A stretch of DNA of 64,000 nt from an uncultured Candidatus Saccharibacteria bacterium (GCA_964477745.1 CAYZEI010000001.1:64393-128392), one strand, 5' to 3'. Positions 9,830 to 21,563 are shown, numbered from the stretch's first letter. Numbers and translations are program-made. The notes: a model not told the origin generated them from the letters alone.

Positions 9830-11314
9830 CTACTGCATCTTTAATATCTTCAAACCTTCTTGAGATTTAATGGCCAAATAAACCAAGCCGTTCTGGTAAA
9901 CAATCCCGGCGCCGGCGCCGGACAGCGATGCGGTGGTACAGGCTGCGGGTATGGATGCCGGGGATGACACGTTATACACCTGGAAACCCACAAACGACAG
10001 ACTGCTGGCCACAAAGGCATAGTTCCCGGAAACGGTAATCCCGTTAGCCGCGTAACTTAAAGTCTTGGCACCAAGCTTGGTTAAGATCGGCGCGGCAGAA
10101 TTATCTAATACATAAAAGCCACGCGGGAGCACTGAACCTCCAACCGGCCCCGGGGACGTTCCTAAATAAAACTTTCCTCCGGAAAAATAAAGTGACTGCC
10201 CACCGGCTGCACCAAGATCGCTAAATTGCGTGGCAAACACAGGAGCACCACTTGCGATGTTTAAAACAATTTCCTGAGCGGCACTGCTATTCACTGCCAA
10301 GTAAGCATAATCTCCCCGAACATATATGGCATTTACTCTGGAGCCGACTTCATAAGACCCTCCGCTCACCAACACCGGACTGCCGGGCACGGTGGCATCT
10401 ACCACAAAAAATTCCGGTCCGACTGAATTATTCTCGGTAGCGATATAAACATAGTCATGATTATTGTTAGGGTTTTTGTAGTACACAATAGCGGTAGCTG
10501 GCATAGCATTTCCGGGCAAAGCAAAAGTCGAGCCGGAAATAATTGAAGCCGATCCCGGAACGGTGACATCTGCTATTTGAAATTGTCCGGTGCTTTTGGC
10601 CGTAGCTAAATAGGAATAAATATGTGGACCAACTGTTGCCGTATCAACCGCATTTACGCTACCACTGCCCGTGGACAAAGATTTTAAAACACTTGGAGAC
10701 TGAAAATTATTTGCGTCAACTACATAAAAATCGTCTCCCGAAGAGGCACTCGGTCTAACGGCTAAATATACCGTATTACCGATTACATCCAAACCGTTTG
10801 CAAAACTCCCGCTGGGCAAATTTAACGGACTTCCTGTTGTTTGAATGCTGGGACAAGTCGCCGGTGGCGCAGAGTTAGGACCGCACCCGCCTTGAGCCAC
10901 ACACTGATTCAAATTAACCAGGGTGCTGGATAGCACAACATTTTGGTTGCGCCCGTCAATTACCCACGAGACCGTTTCCGTAACATTTTTTACATCGCTA
11001 GAAACGTCTATCACACTCAATGAGCAACTATAATCCATTGCCGTCCCACAAGCATATGCCGAAATATTTTTAATCCCGTCAAAATTGGTCTGAGCCAAGG
11101 AACGAAAACTTTCCACGGCTTCTTGGGCAATTTGTAAGGCCTCATTGTTGCGCTGTGAGTCCACAGAAATGGATTGGTTGCCAAAAGCCAGGGTCGCTAC
11201 TCCGCCTAAACTAATGGAAAAAATTGAAAAGGCAATCAGCATTTCCAAAGTTCCATATCCCGCCAGTTTTGAGTTTTTTTGATTATTCATTTGCTTTACA
11301 TTAAAATTATTCAA
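9830..11314 (-). CDS. Large pilin-leader protein with LVIVD-type beta-propeller repeats (putative pilus tip/adhesin)
   Basis: AGYGTLEMLIAF prepilin-like N-terminus; repeated YAYLAV / YVYIAT / GPEFFVVDATVPGSP motifs typical of LVIVD repeats. Confidence 0.55.
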   Translation of the reverse strand: MNNFNVKQMNNQKNSKLAGYGTLEMLIAFSIFSISLGGVATLAFGNQSISVDSQRNNEALQIAQEAVESFRSLAQTNFDGIKNISAYACGTAMDYSCSLSVIDVSSDVKNVTETVSWVIDGRNQNVVLSSTLVNLNQCVAQGGCGPNSAPPATCPSIQTTGSPLNLPSGSFANGLDVIGNTVYLAVRPSASSGDDFYVVDANNFQSPSVLKSLSTGSGSVNAVDTATVGPHIYSYLATAKSTGQFQIADVTVPGSASIISGSTFALPGNAMPATAIVYYKNPNNNHDYVYIATENNSVGPEFFVVDATVPGSPVLVSGGSYEVGSRVNAIYVRGDYAYLAVNSSAAQEIVLNIASGAPVFATQFSDLGAAGGQSLYFSGGKFYLGTSPGPVGGSVLPRGFYVLDNSAAPILTKLGAKTLSYAANGITVSGNYAFVASSLSFVGFQVYNVSSPASIPAACTTASLSGAGAGIVYQNGLVYLAIKSQEGLKILKMQ

Positions 11315-11320
11315 AATATA

Positions 11321-11779
11321 TTACCAATCCACTCTGCCGTTTGCCCCAATGACAATGGAAGTGCTTCGCTTCCCGTCACCAAGTGTAATTGTCCCGGCGC
11401 CGGCAACCACATTCCCCGACACTTGAGCAAATACTATTTCTCCCGGACTGCTGTGGTTTATGTAAGTATCGGCAGGAATTACTTGATCTTGAGAATTGGC
11501 GCCTCCATAACCGGAGCGGTCAAAAAGAATATACTTATCGTTTTCAAAATATACCCCATGAGCAGTTTGACCAAGATTGTTTAAACTTTTACTGCGGGCT
11601 TTTTGTAAAATTGAAACCAGCGTGTCGCGTTCGGAATTAAAGGCATAAGAGCGGTAAAGATCTAAAGTTACCAACAAACCCAAAGTGGCGAGTACAGACA
11701 TAATTCCCATCACCACTAAAAGTTCAATTATGGTAAATCCTTTAATCTCCCTTGCGGGTTGATAATTAAAAATTCTCAT
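11321..11779 (-). CDS. Prepilin-type pseudopilin (KGFTIIELLVV)
   Basis: Class III signal motif. Confidence 0.7.
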   Translation of the reverse strand: MRIFNYQPAREIKGFTIIELLVVMGIMSVLATLGLLVTLDLYRSYAFNSERDTLVSILQKARSKSLNNLGQTAHGVYFENDKYILFDRSGYGGANSQDQVIPADTYINHSSPGEIVFAQVSGNVVAGAGTITLGDGKRSTSIVIGANGRVDW

Positions 11780-11780
11780 A

Positions 11781-12875
11781 CTAGGGATGTAATTTCTGGG
11801 TTACGGAATAAATCGGCGTAATAATCGAAATCGCCACAAATCCAACCATTAACCCCATAAATACCATAAGCACCGGCTCAATTAGACTGGATAAATTTTT
11901 TGTTAAATCATCCACTTCTTCTTCGTACATTTCGGCTAAATACAAAAAAGTTTCGCTTAAATTTCCCGCGGTCTCTCCGATTGCCACCATATGAGACATC
12001 ATGTCCGGAAAATATTTAGGGTGGGTAATTAAATAACTGGAAATCGGCTGACCTCGACTGACTGCCTGGCTAATAAATTCAAACTGCTCCCGGTAAACCA
12101 AATTTTCTGTCGTCGTGGCGGTAGTGGACAAAGCCTCGTCAATCCGTGCATCCCCTTTTAACAACAAGCCCATGGTTCGGGCGAAATTTGCCAAGTAATA
12201 ATCCTGAGCAATAGTCCCGGCTATGGGTAATTTTAATATAAAATTTTGGACCGGTTTTTTAAACCAGGGTTTTCGCATTAAAAAATAAACCGTAACTATT
12301 CCGGCAATAAACAATAAAAGAACCAACCAACCATAACTAATTAAGAACCGACTTACCACTATTAAAATTTTTGTGGACACCGGCAACGGAACATTAATAC
12401 TGGCAAAAATCGGCAACACTTTCGGGAACACAACTACTGTTAAAAGACCGATCATGCCGATTGTGGCGACAACAATAAAAACCGGGTAAATTAAAGCGGC
12501 CTGAACTTTTTTTCGTAGAGCCTGATTTTTTTTCAGTTCCTCGGCTAAATACTGCAAATTTTCCGCCAATATTCCGCCATGCTCGCCAACCCGAATAATA
12601 TTTACTGCAAAATCTCCGAATACCCGACGAAATTTTTCCATTGCGGTAGACAAAAAGTGCCCATTAGCCACATCGGAAATAATAGACTCAAAAATTACGC
12701 GGGAAGACTTTTGCTTAATTTGCTTGGTAATTAATTGCAAACTTTCCAAAATTGGCACTCCGGCCTTCATTAAAAAAGACAGCCGCTTGGCGAACAACAC
12801 CTGTTCTTGTTTGGAAAAGCGCGGTGTGTTAAACCATGAAAAAGATTTTTTTGTGTCTGCGGTTACGTTGTTCAT
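11781..12875 (-). CDS. pilC: Type IV pilus assembly platform protein PilC (GspF family)
   Basis: Two GspF-type domains, three TM segments, conserved ...GE.G.L...L ... motifs. Confidence 0.85.
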   Translation of the reverse strand: MNNVTADTKKSFSWFNTPRFSKQEQVLFAKRLSFLMKAGVPILESLQLITKQIKQKSSRVIFESIISDVANGHFLSTAMEKFRRVFGDFAVNIIRVGEHGGILAENLQYLAEELKKNQALRKKVQAALIYPVFIVVATIGMIGLLTVVVFPKVLPIFASINVPLPVSTKILIVVSRFLISYGWLVLLLFIAGIVTVYFLMRKPWFKKPVQNFILKLPIAGTIAQDYYLANFARTMGLLLKGDARIDEALSTTATTTENLVYREQFEFISQAVSRGQPISSYLITHPKYFPDMMSHMVAIGETAGNLSETFLYLAEMYEEEVDDLTKNLSSLIEPVLMVFMGLMVGFVAISIITPIYSVTQKLHP

Positions 12876-12897
12876 AAAAATAAACTAATAAAATAAT

Positions 12898-14118
12898 TTA
12901 TTCGTGAGCTACTCTCAAAACTTCTTCCACTGTGGTTATCCCGGCCGCGGCTTTTTCCATACCGTCTTGCCCCATTGGGATCATACCGTGAGTAATGGCA
13001 ATCTCTTTAATCTCTGAGGCGGTGGCTTTTTTTAAAATCGCCTCACGAATTGCATCATCTATCTCCAATACTTCGTGAATCGCCACTCTCCCCTTGTAGC
13101 CGGTCTGATTACAATCCTCGCACCCCTTGCCTCTATAAAATGTTTTATACTTTTTTAATATTCCGACCGGTATTTCCTCGGACAACGCTTTTATTTCCGT
13201 TGGGGTAAATTTATACTCCGCCTTACAGTTGCCACAAATTTTTCTTACCAATCTTTGACCAATGGCTACATTTACCGTGGAAGCAACCAAGAAGGCTTCT
13301 ATCCCCATATCCAGTAGGCGTGGTAAGGTGGTGGCCGGATCGTTCGTATGCAAAGTGGAAAGTAACAAGTGTCCGGTTAACGCGACATTAATCGCTATTC
13401 CGGCTGTTTCAGAATCTCGGATTTCTCCCACCATAATTATATTAGGATCTTGTCTTAATATAGAGCGAAGGCCGTTGGCGAAAGTTAGGCCGGTTCTGGG
13501 GTTTACACCTATTTGTTCAATGCCGGCCACTGCGTACTCAATTGGGTCTTCAATGGTAATAATAGAGACTTCCGGTTTACTAAGCATTTTAATAATTGTA
13601 TACAGAGTTGTTGTTTTTCCCGAGCCGGTCGGGCCGGTGGCCAAAATCATTCCGTAAGGCTTTTTCATTGCCCTAAGAATTTTTTTTCGGTTTGGTTCGG
13701 AAAAACCCAAGGTCTCCAGAGTATGGCTTTCTTCTTGAGCGGACAATAACCTCATTACGGCATTTTCGCCGTAATAAGTCGGGGCAATGGAAACGCGAAC
13801 ATCCAAGGGTTCTTGGTCTTTAAATTGCAAACGGAACCGACCATCTTGCGCAGCTTGGTGTTCATCGGTGCGTAGACCGGAAAGAATTTTAATTCTGGAG
13901 ATAACTTCTCCGTGAATGCTTTTTGGAAAGGATAAGGTCTCTATTAATACTCCATCCACCCGAAGTCTAACCCGAACATTTTTTTCTGCCGGATCAATAT
14001 GAATGTCCGAGGAACGGATTTCGCTGGCATAGGCCACAATATCTTGGACTAAATTAATAATAGATACTTGGCTGGGCTTATTTATTTCTTCCTTAATTTT
14101 TGAAAGCAATAATGACAT
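12898..14118 (-). CDS. pilB: Type IV pilus assembly ATPase PilB/GspE family
   Basis: Walker A GPTGSGKTTT, Asp/His boxes, tetracysteine CGNC...CEDC motif. Confidence 0.85.
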   Translation of the reverse strand: MSLLLSKIKEEINKPSQVSIINLVQDIVAYASEIRSSDIHIDPAEKNVRVRLRVDGVLIETLSFPKSIHGEVISRIKILSGLRTDEHQAAQDGRFRLQFKDQEPLDVRVSIAPTYYGENAVMRLLSAQEESHTLETLGFSEPNRKKILRAMKKPYGMILATGPTGSGKTTTLYTIIKMLSKPEVSIITIEDPIEYAVAGIEQIGVNPRTGLTFANGLRSILRQDPNIIMVGEIRDSETAGIAINVALTGHLLLSTLHTNDPATTLPRLLDMGIEAFLVASTVNVAIGQRLVRKICGNCKAEYKFTPTEIKALSEEIPVGILKKYKTFYRGKGCEDCNQTGYKGRVAIHEVLEIDDAIREAILKKATASEIKEIAITHGMIPMGQDGMEKAAAGITTVEEVLRVAHE

Positions 14119-14487
14119 AGTATAAATATCAATCCCAAAGAAATCCGTATTCTATTTAAAATTTAGTTTTAGTTTCAAATCCCTTAAAATCTACTGTGCA
14201 AAAATGTGTATACTTAAAATGCCATATTAATACTTTATAGTCAAAATCTAAAATTTTGGCTTAATTAAAGCCATGAGTGGATAAAATGTGAAGAAGACGT
14301 TGAAAAGAATAGGATAACTGACAAAAAAATCCTTTTAATTAAGATAAAAACCCAATACACAAAGCTATTTTGGCAAAATAAAGAAGCATATTTATAAGAA
14401 AAATTTGAAAAAATGAATATGTTTTGTTATTATATTCTCATAAATTCCCGGTTTTAACCCATAAGACGAGTTGGGTTTAAAAAGATA

Positions 14488-15888
14488 ATGCGCAAAAATA
14501 TGCGCCAGATTAAAAACCAAAATGCGGGTTTTTTAAGTTTAGAAATAGTTTTGAGTTTATGTTTAATCAGCAGCCTTACGTTGGCGGTAATGGTTTTAGT
14601 GTTCACTAACCAATACCTAATAGTAGATACCGAAAATAATCAGATAGCTTTGTTCAAATCTTCTACCGGTATGGAGGAAGCCCGGGCGGAAGGTTTTTAT
14701 TTTGTCCCTCCGGCAGACGAAGTTGAAAACGGATTCCAAAAGCACTTGGAAACCAAATGGCTGTCGGATTACGCAAAAGCCTTTATAAGCAAAACCAGCT
14801 ACACTTCCGAAGCCAGGGCACAAGTTGTGGAATTAAATAGTTTGCTGGCTGATTGGCAAAACGGACCGAGCAATGACACCTGCGCTTTATTCTTTCAAGG
14901 AAATTGGCAAAACCCGCAAGCAAAAGGCCTTAGCCAATTGTCGGTAAGTGAACCGATAACCGATATAGATGTAAATGAAAATTTGGCGTTTGTATCAGCT
15001 AATGGAAACACCTCTGCGATGGAGGATTTTTTTATTTTTAAAGTAGACGACATTAACAACCCGCAACAAGTCACCAAACTAAATACCGGCCCCGGCTTAA
15101 ACGCCGTGCATATTGCGGGAGACTACGCCTTTGTCGCCAACTCCAGCATTAACGGACAGCTGGAAATAATCAAACTTAATCGGTCAACCAATCCTCCTAC
15201 CGCCACCCTAATAAATTCAAAAAAACTAACCGACTATTTAGGCAACATTGCTTTAGGAATCGGTCAAAGCATTTATTATTACCGACAAAAACTTTTTGTC
15301 GGAACCGTTAAAAACTCCGGGCCGGAATTTTTTATTTACGACGTATCCAATCCGCAAGCTCCAACCCCTTTAGGTTCTTTTGAATTAAACACCGCTGTAA
15401 ATGATATTTATGTGCATAACACCACTGCCTATCTGGCACTGGCTCAGGGCAAAGAAATAATCGGTCTTGATTTTAGTAACCCTTATAATATTCAAGAAAT
15501 TAATTCTTACACACCGCCGGGAGCTTTAAGTCAAAGTGGTCAAAGTATTGCCGGCCTTGGTGATTATGCTTTCTTGGGGCGCGCCGGTGGTTTGCCGGCT
15601 TTGGGTTATAAAGAACTGTATATTTTGGAGAAGACCAATATTCCCAATCCGCCGGCAAATTTCGATTTAAATGCCAGCATAAATAAAATTTTCGTTCGGG
15701 ACGGATTAATATTTTTGGCCACTAACGACTCAGGTAAAGAATTCAAAATTTTTAAATTCACAAATAGCCAACTCACTCCCTTTGCGGAACTCCCACTAAC
15801 CGACACAGGAAATGCTTTAGATTGTGAAAATGAAAATCTGTTTGTAACTTCCAATGACGGAAAATTACAAATAATTTCCGCCCAGTAA
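14488..15888 (+). CDS. Pilin-leader-like protein with LVIVD beta-propeller repeats, paralogous to 9830..11314
   Basis: NAGFLSLEIVLSL N-terminus; shared motifs GDYAFVAN, GPEFFIYDVS, AYLALA. Confidence 0.5.
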   Translation: MRKNMRQIKNQNAGFLSLEIVLSLCLISSLTLAVMVLVFTNQYLIVDTENNQIALFKSSTGMEEARAEGFYFVPPADEVENGFQKHLETKWLSDYAKAFISKTSYTSEARAQVVELNSLLADWQNGPSNDTCALFFQGNWQNPQAKGLSQLSVSEPITDIDVNENLAFVSANGNTSAMEDFFIFKVDDINNPQQVTKLNTGPGLNAVHIAGDYAFVANSSINGQLEIIKLNRSTNPPTATLINSKKLTDYLGNIALGIGQSIYYYRQKLFVGTVKNSGPEFFIYDVSNPQAPTPLGSFELNTAVNDIYVHNTTAYLALAQGKEIIGLDFSNPYNIQEINSYTPPGALSQSGQSIAGLGDYAFLGRAGGLPALGYKELYILEKTNIPNPPANFDLNASINKIFVRDGLIFLATNDSGKEFKIFKFTNSQLTPFAELPLTDTGNALDCENENLFVTSNDGKLQIISAQ

Positions 15889-15933
15889 AAAAAGGAGCCT
15901 TAACTTAAGGCTCCTTTTTTAAAAGATTATTCT

Positions 15934-18783
15934 TTAGAGGGCATTTTTTAAATATTGCCCCGTGTAACTGGCTTTGACTTTGGCAATATCTTCCGGGGTG
16001 CCGGCTGCCACTAACTGCCCGCCCTTGTCCCCGCCTTCGGGACCGAGGTCTATAATCCAGTCCGAGGTTTTAATCATGTCCAAGTTATGTTCAATCACCA
16101 CCACAGTATTTCCTTTGTCCACAAGCTTGTTTAGGACTTGCACTAATCTCTTAACATCGGCAAAGTGCAAGCCCGTGGTCGGCTCGTCTAACAAATACAG
16201 GGTGCGACCGGTGGAAGCGCGGGACAATTCCGTGGCTAACTTTATACGTTGAGCTTCCCCACCGGAAAGGGTGGTGGCATTTTGTCCGAGTCGCATATAA
16301 CCCAAACCGACATGACTTAAGGTTTCCAGCTTTTTATAAATTTGCGGTAAGTTGGCAAAATAAATTTTCGCGTCATCAACAGTCATCTCCAGCACATCGG
16401 AAATGGTTTTGTCTTTATAATGAATTTCCAAGGCCTGCGCGTTATAACGTTTGCCGTTGCATTCTTCACAAGTAATATAGACGTCCGGTAAAAAATTCAT
16501 TTCCACTTTAATCACGCCATCGCCCGCGCATTTTTCACATCGTCCGCCTTTAACGTTAAAACTAAATCGCCCGGCGCGATACCCGCGCATTTTTGCTTCT
16601 TTGGTTTCCGCAAATAAATCGCGAATCGGCGTAAATAGTCCAGTATAAGTAGCCGGATTACTTCGTGGAGTGCGCCCAATCGGGCTTTGATCAATATTGA
16701 TAATTTTATCGATATGCTCAATACCAAGAATTTTCTTGTGCTTGCCCGGCTCGTCTTTACTGTTATAAAAATATTTATACAGCGCCCTGGCTAAAATATC
16801 ATGGAAGAGCGTAGACTTACCGCTACCGGACACACCGGTAACGCAAACAAATTTTCCCAAAGGAATGTCTACATTAATGTCTTTTAAATTAAATTCACTG
16901 GCGCCCAAAATAGAAATTTTTCGGCCATTACCGGGTCTGCGTTTTTTCGGTACTTCAATAAATTCCTTACCGGCCAAATACTGACCGGTTAAACTCTTGA
17001 GGTTTTTTTGCACCTGAGCCGGAGTCCCTTCGGCTACCAATTCTCCGCCGTGCTTCCCGGCACCGGGACCGATATCTACGACCCAGTCCGCCTCGCGAAT
17101 GGTTTCCTCGTCGTGTTCCACTACAATTACCGTGTTACCTAAATCGCGTAATTCCTTAAGGGTTTGCAACAACCGGGAGTTGTCCCGCTGGTGCAATCCA
17201 ATGGACGGTTCATCTAATATATAGAGGACGCCGGTAAGGCCGCTGCCAATTTGCGTAGCAAGACGAATACGTTGAGCCTCTCCACCAGACAGCGTGTCGG
17301 CTGCGCGATCCAGTGACAAATATGACAAACCGACATTTAACAAAAATGACAGGCGGGCATTAATTTCTTTTAACACCTGCCTAGCAATGGTTAAATCTTT
17401 TTGGTTTAAAGATTTGGAAAGATTTTTATAAAATTCACTGGCATCTTCAATATTAGAAGCGGAGACTTCCACAATCCCCTTACCGCCTACCGTTACACCC
17501 AAAACCTCAGGTTTTAACCTGCGCCCCAAACAAGTCGGGCATTGGCGCACGCGCATATAATTTTCAATTTCACTGCGCATATATTCGGAATCGGTTTCTC
17601 TGTAACGACGATCTAAATTTGGAATGACTCCTTCAAATACCGTCATCATTTCAAATTCACCTTCTCGGCTGGCAAATTCTCCGGAGACCTTTACTTTTTT
17701 ATCACCGGTACCATATAAAATTACATCCAAGAATTTTTTCGGTAAATCTTTTATGGGAGTATTTATAGAGAAGCCATACTCTTTGGCCACAGCTTCTAAA
17801 ATTCGGCCGTACCAAGACAGGCGGGATGTTGTTTTGCTCCAAGGACGGACTGCGCCTTCGGCCAAAGTTAACCGCGGGTTTGGAATAACCAAATCGGGTT
17901 CAACTGTTAATTTATGTCCCAACCCCTTACATTCACTGCAAGCACCGTGCGGACTGTTAAAAGAAAAATCCCGCGGGTCCAATTGAGACAATTGCATATG
18001 GCCATCCGGACAGGCAAACTTTTGGGACATTAGCATGTCCGCACCTAACTTGTCGCCTTCCATTTTTGTGGCCATAGCTAAACCGTCACCCAAGTCCAAG
18101 GCTTTTTCCAAACTTTCGGAAATTCGGCCCTTGTCGCTTCGGTCTACCACCAGGCGGTCCACCACTACATCAATACTGTGTTTCTTTTGTTTATCCAAAT
18201 TTAAATTTTGGGCTTCGTTTAAGTCCATCACTGTGCCGTCTACGCGCACACGAGCAAACCCGGCTTTTTTGATTTGTTCAAAAATTACCCGATGTTCTCC
18301 TTTTTGATCTTTAATAAAGGGCGCCAATAAAATTATTTTTGTGCCCGGCTTTATTCCCAAAATCTGCTCTACCATAGCGGCAATGGTTTGCCCTTGTATT
18401 TTTTTCCCGCAAACAGGACAATGCGGAATACCAATACGCGCCCACAAAAGCCTCATGTAGTCATAAATTTCCGTAACGGTTCCGACCGTGCTTCTGGGGT
18501 TATGGGATGCAGATTTTTGGTCAATGGATATTGCCGGAGACAAACCTTCAATTTTATCCACGTCCGGCTTATCCATTAAGCCAATGAATTGGCGCGCGTA
18601 AGCAGACAAGCTTTCCACGTAACGCCTTTGTCCTTCGGCGTAAATTGTATCAAACGCCAAAGAACTCTTACCACTGCCGGACAAACCGGTAAAAACTACC
18701 AGCTTATTGCGGGGTAAATCCACATCTAGATTCTTTAAATTGTGTTGCCGGGCTCCCCGGATGGAAATAATGTCTTTTAACAT
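15934..18783 (-). CDS. uvrA: Excinuclease ABC subunit A
   Basis: Two ABC ATPase modules, zinc-finger Cys clusters, N-term [18 protein letters not shown]. Confidence 0.95.
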   Translation of the reverse strand: MLKDIISIRGARQHNLKNLDVDLPRNKLVVFTGLSGSGKSSLAFDTIYAEGQRRYVESLSAYARQFIGLMDKPDVDKIEGLSPAISIDQKSASHNPRSTVGTVTEIYDYMRLLWARIGIPHCPVCGKKIQGQTIAAMVEQILGIKPGTKIILLAPFIKDQKGEHRVIFEQIKKAGFARVRVDGTVMDLNEAQNLNLDKQKKHSIDVVVDRLVVDRSDKGRISESLEKALDLGDGLAMATKMEGDKLGADMLMSQKFACPDGHMQLSQLDPRDFSFNSPHGACSECKGLGHKLTVEPDLVIPNPRLTLAEGAVRPWSKTTSRLSWYGRILEAVAKEYGFSINTPIKDLPKKFLDVILYGTGDKKVKVSGEFASREGEFEMMTVFEGVIPNLDRRYRETDSEYMRSEIENYMRVRQCPTCLGRRLKPEVLGVTVGGKGIVEVSASNIEDASEFYKNLSKSLNQKDLTIARQVLKEINARLSFLLNVGLSYLSLDRAADTLSGGEAQRIRLATQIGSGLTGVLYILDEPSIGLHQRDNSRLLQTLKELRDLGNTVIVVEHDEETIREADWVVDIGPGAGKHGGELVAEGTPAQVQKNLKSLTGQYLAGKEFIEVPKKRRPGNGRKISILGASEFNLKDINVDIPLGKFVCVTGVSGSGKSTLFHDILARALYKYFYNSKDEPGKHKKILGIEHIDKIINIDQSPIGRTPRSNPATYTGLFTPIRDLFAETKEAKMRGYRAGRFSFNVKGGRCEKCAGDGVIKVEMNFLPDVYITCEECNGKRYNAQALEIHYKDKTISDVLEMTVDDAKIYFANLPQIYKKLETLSHVGLGYMRLGQNATTLSGGEAQRIKLATELSRASTGRTLYLLDEPTTGLHFADVKRLVQVLNKLVDKGNTVVVIEHNLDMIKTSDWIIDLGPEGGDKGGQLVAAGTPEDIAKVKASYTGQYLKNAL

Positions 18784-19002
18784 ATGCTACGGAATTATAA
18801 ATAAATACCTACAGAAAACTACAGAATCTAATAGTCAAACCATTTTTATAGTTTTTTGTAGTGGTTCATTTAGACAAATCAAGCAACAAGCTAGTCATCA
18901 TTCTACCACTTATGTCAAGACCGGGCAAGGGGCTAAGACTTAAATTAAAGCGCCCCGCGACATATGCCGCGGGGCAAGAACAAAGAATCCCAGTTGCCTG
19001 AT

Positions 19003-19248
19003 TCAAGAACTACCCCTTGGCCAAGGCAGAGAGGGTTTTTCTACGTCTCGAAGTTTGTTTGCCTGGGGGACTACAACCGTCCAGGCGACCCAGCAAGCGC
19101 AAGCCTGTTGGATATCCTTGGGCTGAGCCAAGAACCACGAAATAATGGCTCCGCAACCCACAAAAGCCAACACAATGACGCCGATGGCAAACACTCTCCA
19201 GACAGCGTGAACTTTGCCATCGAGGACAACAAAAAACTCGAGCTCCAT
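19003..19248 (-). CDS. Small membrane protein (81 aa) in GC-rich mini-island
   Basis: AGGGGGG RBS 4 nt from ATG (MELEFF...), one TM helix, hairpin terminator downstream (18950..18975). Confidence 0.35.
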   Translation of the reverse strand: MELEFFVVLDGKVHAVWRVFAIGVIVLAFVGCGAIISWFLAQPKDIQQACACWVAWTVVVPQANKLRDVEKPSLPWPRGSS

Positions 19249-19463
19249 ACACCCCCCTATCTTATTTCCTCCCCGGCATGAAATTCCGGAGGTTGAGTGC
19301 ACCAAGCATTACCGCGACGACATTCCCGTTCGCACAGAAACAACATGCCAAGCAATGCCACAATGGACCCAAGGGTCCATAAAACAAGATTTCTCTTGAT
19401 CATAACCAGTAAATTATCACTTTATAGACACAAGGTCAACGGATAGATATAATTTAACTACTT

Positions 19464-21410
19464 ATGAATTCCGACACTAAACTAAAATCTAAAGCTTCCG
19501 AGTTCCCAAAGCTACCTGGTGTGTACCAGTTTATAAGCGCTAGCGGGGAAGTTCTTTACGTGGGTAAAGCCAAAAATTTGCGCGTGCGAGTTAAGCAATA
19601 TTTTGGTCACGATGATAGCCGTCCCCAAATCCCTTTTTTAATGGCCGAAGCAACCAACGTTACCTATACGGTAGTAGACAGCGAATTGGAAAGCGCATTT
19701 TTAGAAAACACGTTAATTAAACAACATCATCCGCGGTTTAATATTGACCTAAAAGACGACAAAAATTACGCCTTTATAAAAATTGACTTCTCAACCGAAA
19801 TCCCCCAAATCACTTACACTCGTTCTGTCGACCCGCCTATAAGCTATAAGCTAGCTCCTAAAAGCTTGTTCTTCGGTCCCTACACCGCAGCCTATAAAAT
19901 TCGCAACACCTTAAACTTGGTGCGAAAAATTTTTTCCTTCTGTGCCAATACCAAAGTCGGTAGTCGGCCTTGTTTTTATTACCACATGCATCGCTGTCCC
20001 GGTGTTTGCGTGGGGAAAATTAGTTTGACGGAGTACCGGGAGCACCTGGAAAAAATTGCCAAATTCTTACAGGGCGACACCGCCGGCGTATATAAAAAAA
20101 TCAAGGCGGAAATGCAAAAATCCGCGAATCATAAACGTTTTGAGACCGCAGCTCGTTTGCGTGACCAACTTAAAGCCTTGGAACTACTAAATGAAAAACA
20201 AAATGTCATTTTAGCGAAAAAAGTTGACTGGGATATTATTTCACTGTCGACAGAAAGCGGCTTTTCTTGCGTAAATTTATTTAAGATCCGGGGGGGGAAA
20301 TTATTTGATAAAGAAAATTTTATCTACGAACTTCCAACTTCAGAACAAGAAACAATTAGCACTACAGAAATCTACGGGGGAAAAATTATGCAACGGTTTG
20401 TTGAACAGTATTATCAAGAAACCAGCTTTGCCCCAAAAATTATTTATACCCAAATAAAACTATTAAACGAAAAAATTCTGGAACAAATAATTAAATCCCG
20501 ATTTCATAAAACAATAAAAGTTATTTTGCCACAAAAAGGCAAGTCCCTAAGTTTAATAAAACTGGGGGGTATGAATGCAAACGAATTTTTAAAAACCTGG
20601 CTAACGGACAAGGCAGGTAATTTAGATAAAATTAACCAAAGTCTAGAACAATTAAAGCAGACTTTAAATTTACCTAGCCTGCCAAACCGCATTGAGTGTT
20701 ATGATATTTCCAATATTCAGGGGACCAACCCGGTCGGTAGTATGGTGGTATTTTCCGCCAAAGGCGGATCCGCCTCCGGCGGAAAAAATTTTGGATTTCA
20801 AAAATCTGAATACCGGAAATTTAAAATTCAGGGGAAAAATACGCCCGATGATTTTGCCATGATGAAAGAGATGCTGTCTCGTCGACTCGCGAGAAGCATC
20901 GGCGACAAAACCAAAGTCCAAATTTCCCGCCCGCAGTCGCCTGAAGCTCCAGCTGATGGCGGGCAGGCCAATAACAAAACCTGGCCCATTCCTGACCTCA
21001 TAGTCATCGATGGCGGAAAAGGTCAACTCAATGCTGCCCTGTCAGTCCTTCGCGCTATCCGCTATCCGTTATCCGCTATTCCAGTTATTGGACTCGCGAA
21101 GAGGCTTGAAGAAATCTTTTTACCTAACCAAGAGGAGCCAATTATTTTGGGTCACGACCAACCGGCACTCCAGTTGCTCCAACGCCTGCGTGATGAAACC
21201 CATCGTTTTGGCATTACCTTCCACCGCCAGCTCAGAAGTAAACAAGCTGTTAAATCTGCACTCGACGATATCCCCGGAGTGGGCCCAAAAACAAAAAAAC
21301 TCTTAAAAACCAAATTTGGCACAGTGGCACAAATAAAAAAAACCCCTCTTGCCGACCTGTCGGCAATTGTGGGCGAAAAATTGGCGAAAATTATTCAACA
21401 AGGACTATAA
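19464..21410 (+). CDS. uvrC: Excinuclease ABC subunit C (carries two in-frame palindromic insertions)
   Basis: GIY-YIG N-terminus (VYQFISASGEVLYVGKAKNLRVRV), UvrBC-interaction and RNaseH-like/HhH C-terminus. Confidence 0.95.
   Translation: MNSDTKLKSKASEFPKLPGVYQFISASGEVLYVGKAKNLRVRVKQYFGHDDSRPQIPFLMAEATNVTYTVVDSELESAFLENTLIKQHHPRFNIDLKDDKNYAFIKIDFSTEIPQITYTRSVDPPISYKLAPKSLFFGPYTAAYKIRNTLNLVRKIFSFCANTKVGSRPCFYYHMHRCPGVCVGKISLTEYREHLEKIAKFLQGDTAGVYKKIKAEMQKSANHKRFETAARLRDQLKALELLNEKQNVILAKKVDWDIISLSTESGFSCVNLFKIRGGKLFDKENFIYELPTSEQETISTTEIYGGKIMQRFVEQYYQETSFAPKIIYTQIKLLNEKILEQIIKSRFHKTIKVILPQKGKSLSLIKLGGMNANEFLKTWLTDKAGNLDKINQSLEQLKQTLNLPSLPNRIECYDISNIQGTNPVGSMVVFSAKGGSASGGKNFGFQKSEYRKFKIQGKNTPDDFAMMKEMLSRRLARSIGDKTKVQISRPQSPEAPADGGQANNKTWPIPDLIVIDGGKGQLNAALSVLRAIRYPLSAIPVIGLAKRLEEIFLPNQEEPIILGHDQPALQLLQRLRDETHRFGITFHRQLRSKQAVKSALDDIPGVGPKTKKLLKTKFGTVAQIKKTPLADLSAIVGEKLAKIIQQGL
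20757..20792. repeat. In-frame palindromic element type B, copy 1 (GCCAAAGGCGGATCCGCCTCCGGCGGAAAAAAT) inside uvrC
   Basis: Near-identical to 62755..62794 in tsaD; encodes AKGGSASGGKN insertion. Confidence 0.7.
20926..20968. repeat. In-frame palindromic element type A, copy 1 inside uvrC
   Basis: 41/43 identical to 49364..49406 (which lies in a minus-strand gene); encodes SRPQSPEAPADGGQA. Confidence 0.7.
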
Positions 21411-21563
21411 ACCTTAAGTCTAAAAAGTCAGAAAACCAAAAACCAAAAAATTCCGACTTCCGGCATTCCGATTCTCCGAGTTGCCGGCACAATTGACACC
21501 ACCAGCCATTTTCTTGTATAATGGGCAAGCAATTTACTTCATAATCAACCATTTAAAAAATAT

